Shown in pieces: positions 54,901-57,900 of a stretch of 64,000 nt of DNA (position 1 is its first letter; the number at the start of each line of letters is the position of its first letter). The notes under the pieces were generated by a model. The model was not told the origin of the DNA, made no database searches, and saw nothing but the letters and a program-made list of their open reading frames with translations. Location: positions 12,112,101 through 12,176,100 of the forward strand of contig NC_092677.1 in assembly GCF_964355755.1 (NCBI RefSeq), in the 5' to 3' direction. A program made the position numbers and the translations under genes. The DNA is from Antedon mediterranea. Its lineage: Eukaryota > Animalia > Echinodermata.

Positions 54901-57900
54901 TTTTACAAAACGTCCAGAATTACTGAAAAGTTAAACACTAACCTGGACATATGAAGCGAACTTTATAGTCACTACATATGTTGTCGCTTTGCTTTGCATT
55001 TGTACAACCAAGACCAAATTTAGTGTTGCAAGTGATGGTTTCTCCAGTAGTAGTGTAAAGTTGACCATCAACAGTTTCACATTCAATGTCTGTTGGATGC
55101 TTACACATTTGACCAGGGTTCCCCTAAAAGAGGGATTTAACATTATACACATTATATTATATACTTTTATTTTGTATTAAATGTACATTTTCAGAACTTG
55201 TTTTTTATTTTGTTAAAGTCAAATGGCATATCATTTTCTATAATTTATAAATATAATTCATTTCTAAAAAAGTATTGGCAACGTATGATAAAGTAATTGA
55301 AAATAAAACATGCACATACTGTTAATCATTACTTACATTGTACAATCTGTAAACAAGTTCCCAATCTCCACCATTACTGGGATCGTCTGTATCAAACCAT
55401 GGAGTCCATGGGTCTATAAATAAACGGTAGCATCAGCAATAATTACACTACATATACAGTCTAATATCTACAACAACTATCTAAATCATGGTATCACTAG
55501 GATAGCTTTGGCCTCAATTTTCCATGGCAAACTAAACAGCAATGCATTATTGAACATGTAGTTTATAAAGTTTTTCAATTTTTACTTACGTTTATAAGTA
55601 CTCCATTCATTGGTGCCAACCCATTCAAAGACATTTTCAATGTTCTTATGATGATATCCAATAGAGGTCCAAATAACTTCAAATTCAAGCTGTTTAAAGT
55701 GATTGCTTACAAATTCATTCTCCTCCCTAGAGCTGATTACAACAAGATTGCCACCATACTGAGAACAATATGAATCTGCCTCATTCCAAGATATTTCGTC
55801 AACTCCAAAATAGTATAGTGATGAGTTGTGAGAGATCCATCCTGGCTTAAATTCTTAAAAGTTAAATGTATTTTCCCCAAAAACATGAAAACAAAATAAA
55901 GATTAATAAAATAAGACTTTGAATATTGAATTTTGCAGTCTTTACAAAAAAATAATGATTTCACTTTATAAAAAGATCAAATTAAACCAAAAACCATTTG
56001 TCTGACAGACAATTTGACAATTTTTTGCTTTAATTACGGTTTTTTCAGGTAACACAACATTAAAATGGCAAAATAAAATAAAACAGATTTTTCAGGGGAC
56101 AATAATTATATCTTTAATGTAAATAATCAAGAGTAATTAAATGAAAAACAACTCTTTGAAATGAGACTTGGTTTACGCATAGTGTAGTTTAAACCATCAT
56201 GTAATTGGTGAATAACTTGCTGTTGGATAGGTATAAATAAGAATTTTTAATTGTTAATTAACTAATAACCAAACTGATAGGAGTGAGTGGCCGGCCGGTT
56301 AAGACAGTAGAACCGTAATTACGTAGCCATAATATCGGCAAGAGTTCACCGCTCACTTGCTCTATGGTTCTGGTTGTAAAACGAGTCTTCTTGGATAAGG
56401 ACTATAAACCAGTGTACACATATAGCTCATCTACATTGTAAAGAACCCAGTGCATCTTTCAAGATGAGTAGGGTTTACCCTGGTGTACTTCTAGTACACT
56501 CACAGCCAGGGATTATAACTGGATCCTTTGGGAGACCAGTGTTTGCCTGAAAGGATCACTCAGTATAAATAAAAACATAAATAATACTACCATAATTGCC
56601 TTGACAAACTGGAATGCCTGTGTGGCTATCTGTACATGAAATGTTTTGTAGTGAAAAATCATCCTCAACATTTACCAGAACACAATCAGCCTCATGTACA
56701 TCAATTGTCTGACCACAATGCCAATCTGCAGACGAATTAAAAATACAATTTATTCAGGATTACCACAACAATGATAATAAAAATACTAATGCTTCCAGAA
56801 AGAATAGCTGAAAATGATTTTAAGGTTTGTTGATTAGTGTTATTTATTAATAAAAGCTTTCAAATTGAAACAACCTAAGACGCCATGTTGTTGTCCAGAA
56901 AATGTCAGGGTTTTGATTTTTTTCCTTGTCTTTTCTGAGATTCAATCACCTTTATTTCCATTTCAATACATAATTTTGTTTATATAATCATTTTCATTAA
57001 TAAATGTCTTTTCAACAGCAACTGCTGATCCGTCATCTGGACCTATAGTAGAATCGAGCAAATTGGGTCTGATGACAAAACTTAACTTATGCAAATAGTA
57101 CATGCATATCATGACATCATAAGCCCCCTAGGTCGTCACAAAATTGAAAGTTTCCCAATAGCTTAATCATTATTATAGTAGTGGGACAATACAAATATCA
57201 AATAAATGTATTAACCTGGAGCATGTGAAAAATTTACAGCTACATTCTCATACGGAATATGTCCTTTCCAGACAAAAGCATCCTCGTCTTTTTTCATACC
57301 AACAAATAACCAATTGGCCTCTTCCATTTTCTGGGCTCCTAGCATGAGCAGTACAAAGTTTTTAATGTCGACGGACGTGATATGAGCTAAATGTGATTGT
57401 CTTGCCTTACAGTATTCATCTGCCTCATTCCAAGACATCCTTTCATCATTAATGTGAAAACACTGATTCTCAAAACTCATCCAGTCAGGTAAGCATTGAC
57501 CTAGGACAAAATTAATTAAATTTCAATTCCAAAAATGTTCATTTTAATTTTATTGTATAAAGTACTTCAAACACCAGGACCTACTAAAAGTGTATGACGT
57601 GGAATGAATGAAATGGAATGGCTGAAAAGGTATGGAAAGTGTATTTTTTCTATGTTTTCGTTTACAATGTTCATCACAGTGTGCAGTCTGCATACACGCT
57701 TGCTACTATAATTGCACTCTTGTTCGGACGTAGCAACAAATAAGCGCTTATTTTCATCCTAGGCCTGAGGGCTGAGGCATAACCGTTCGGATGTACAGAA
57801 TATGTACCGCTGAACCATGCAATAATAATCGAATCATGGCCTGAAATTAGGTTTAAAGGAGAATGATTGGATGAAGGATGAAACAATATGTATGCGGCAG

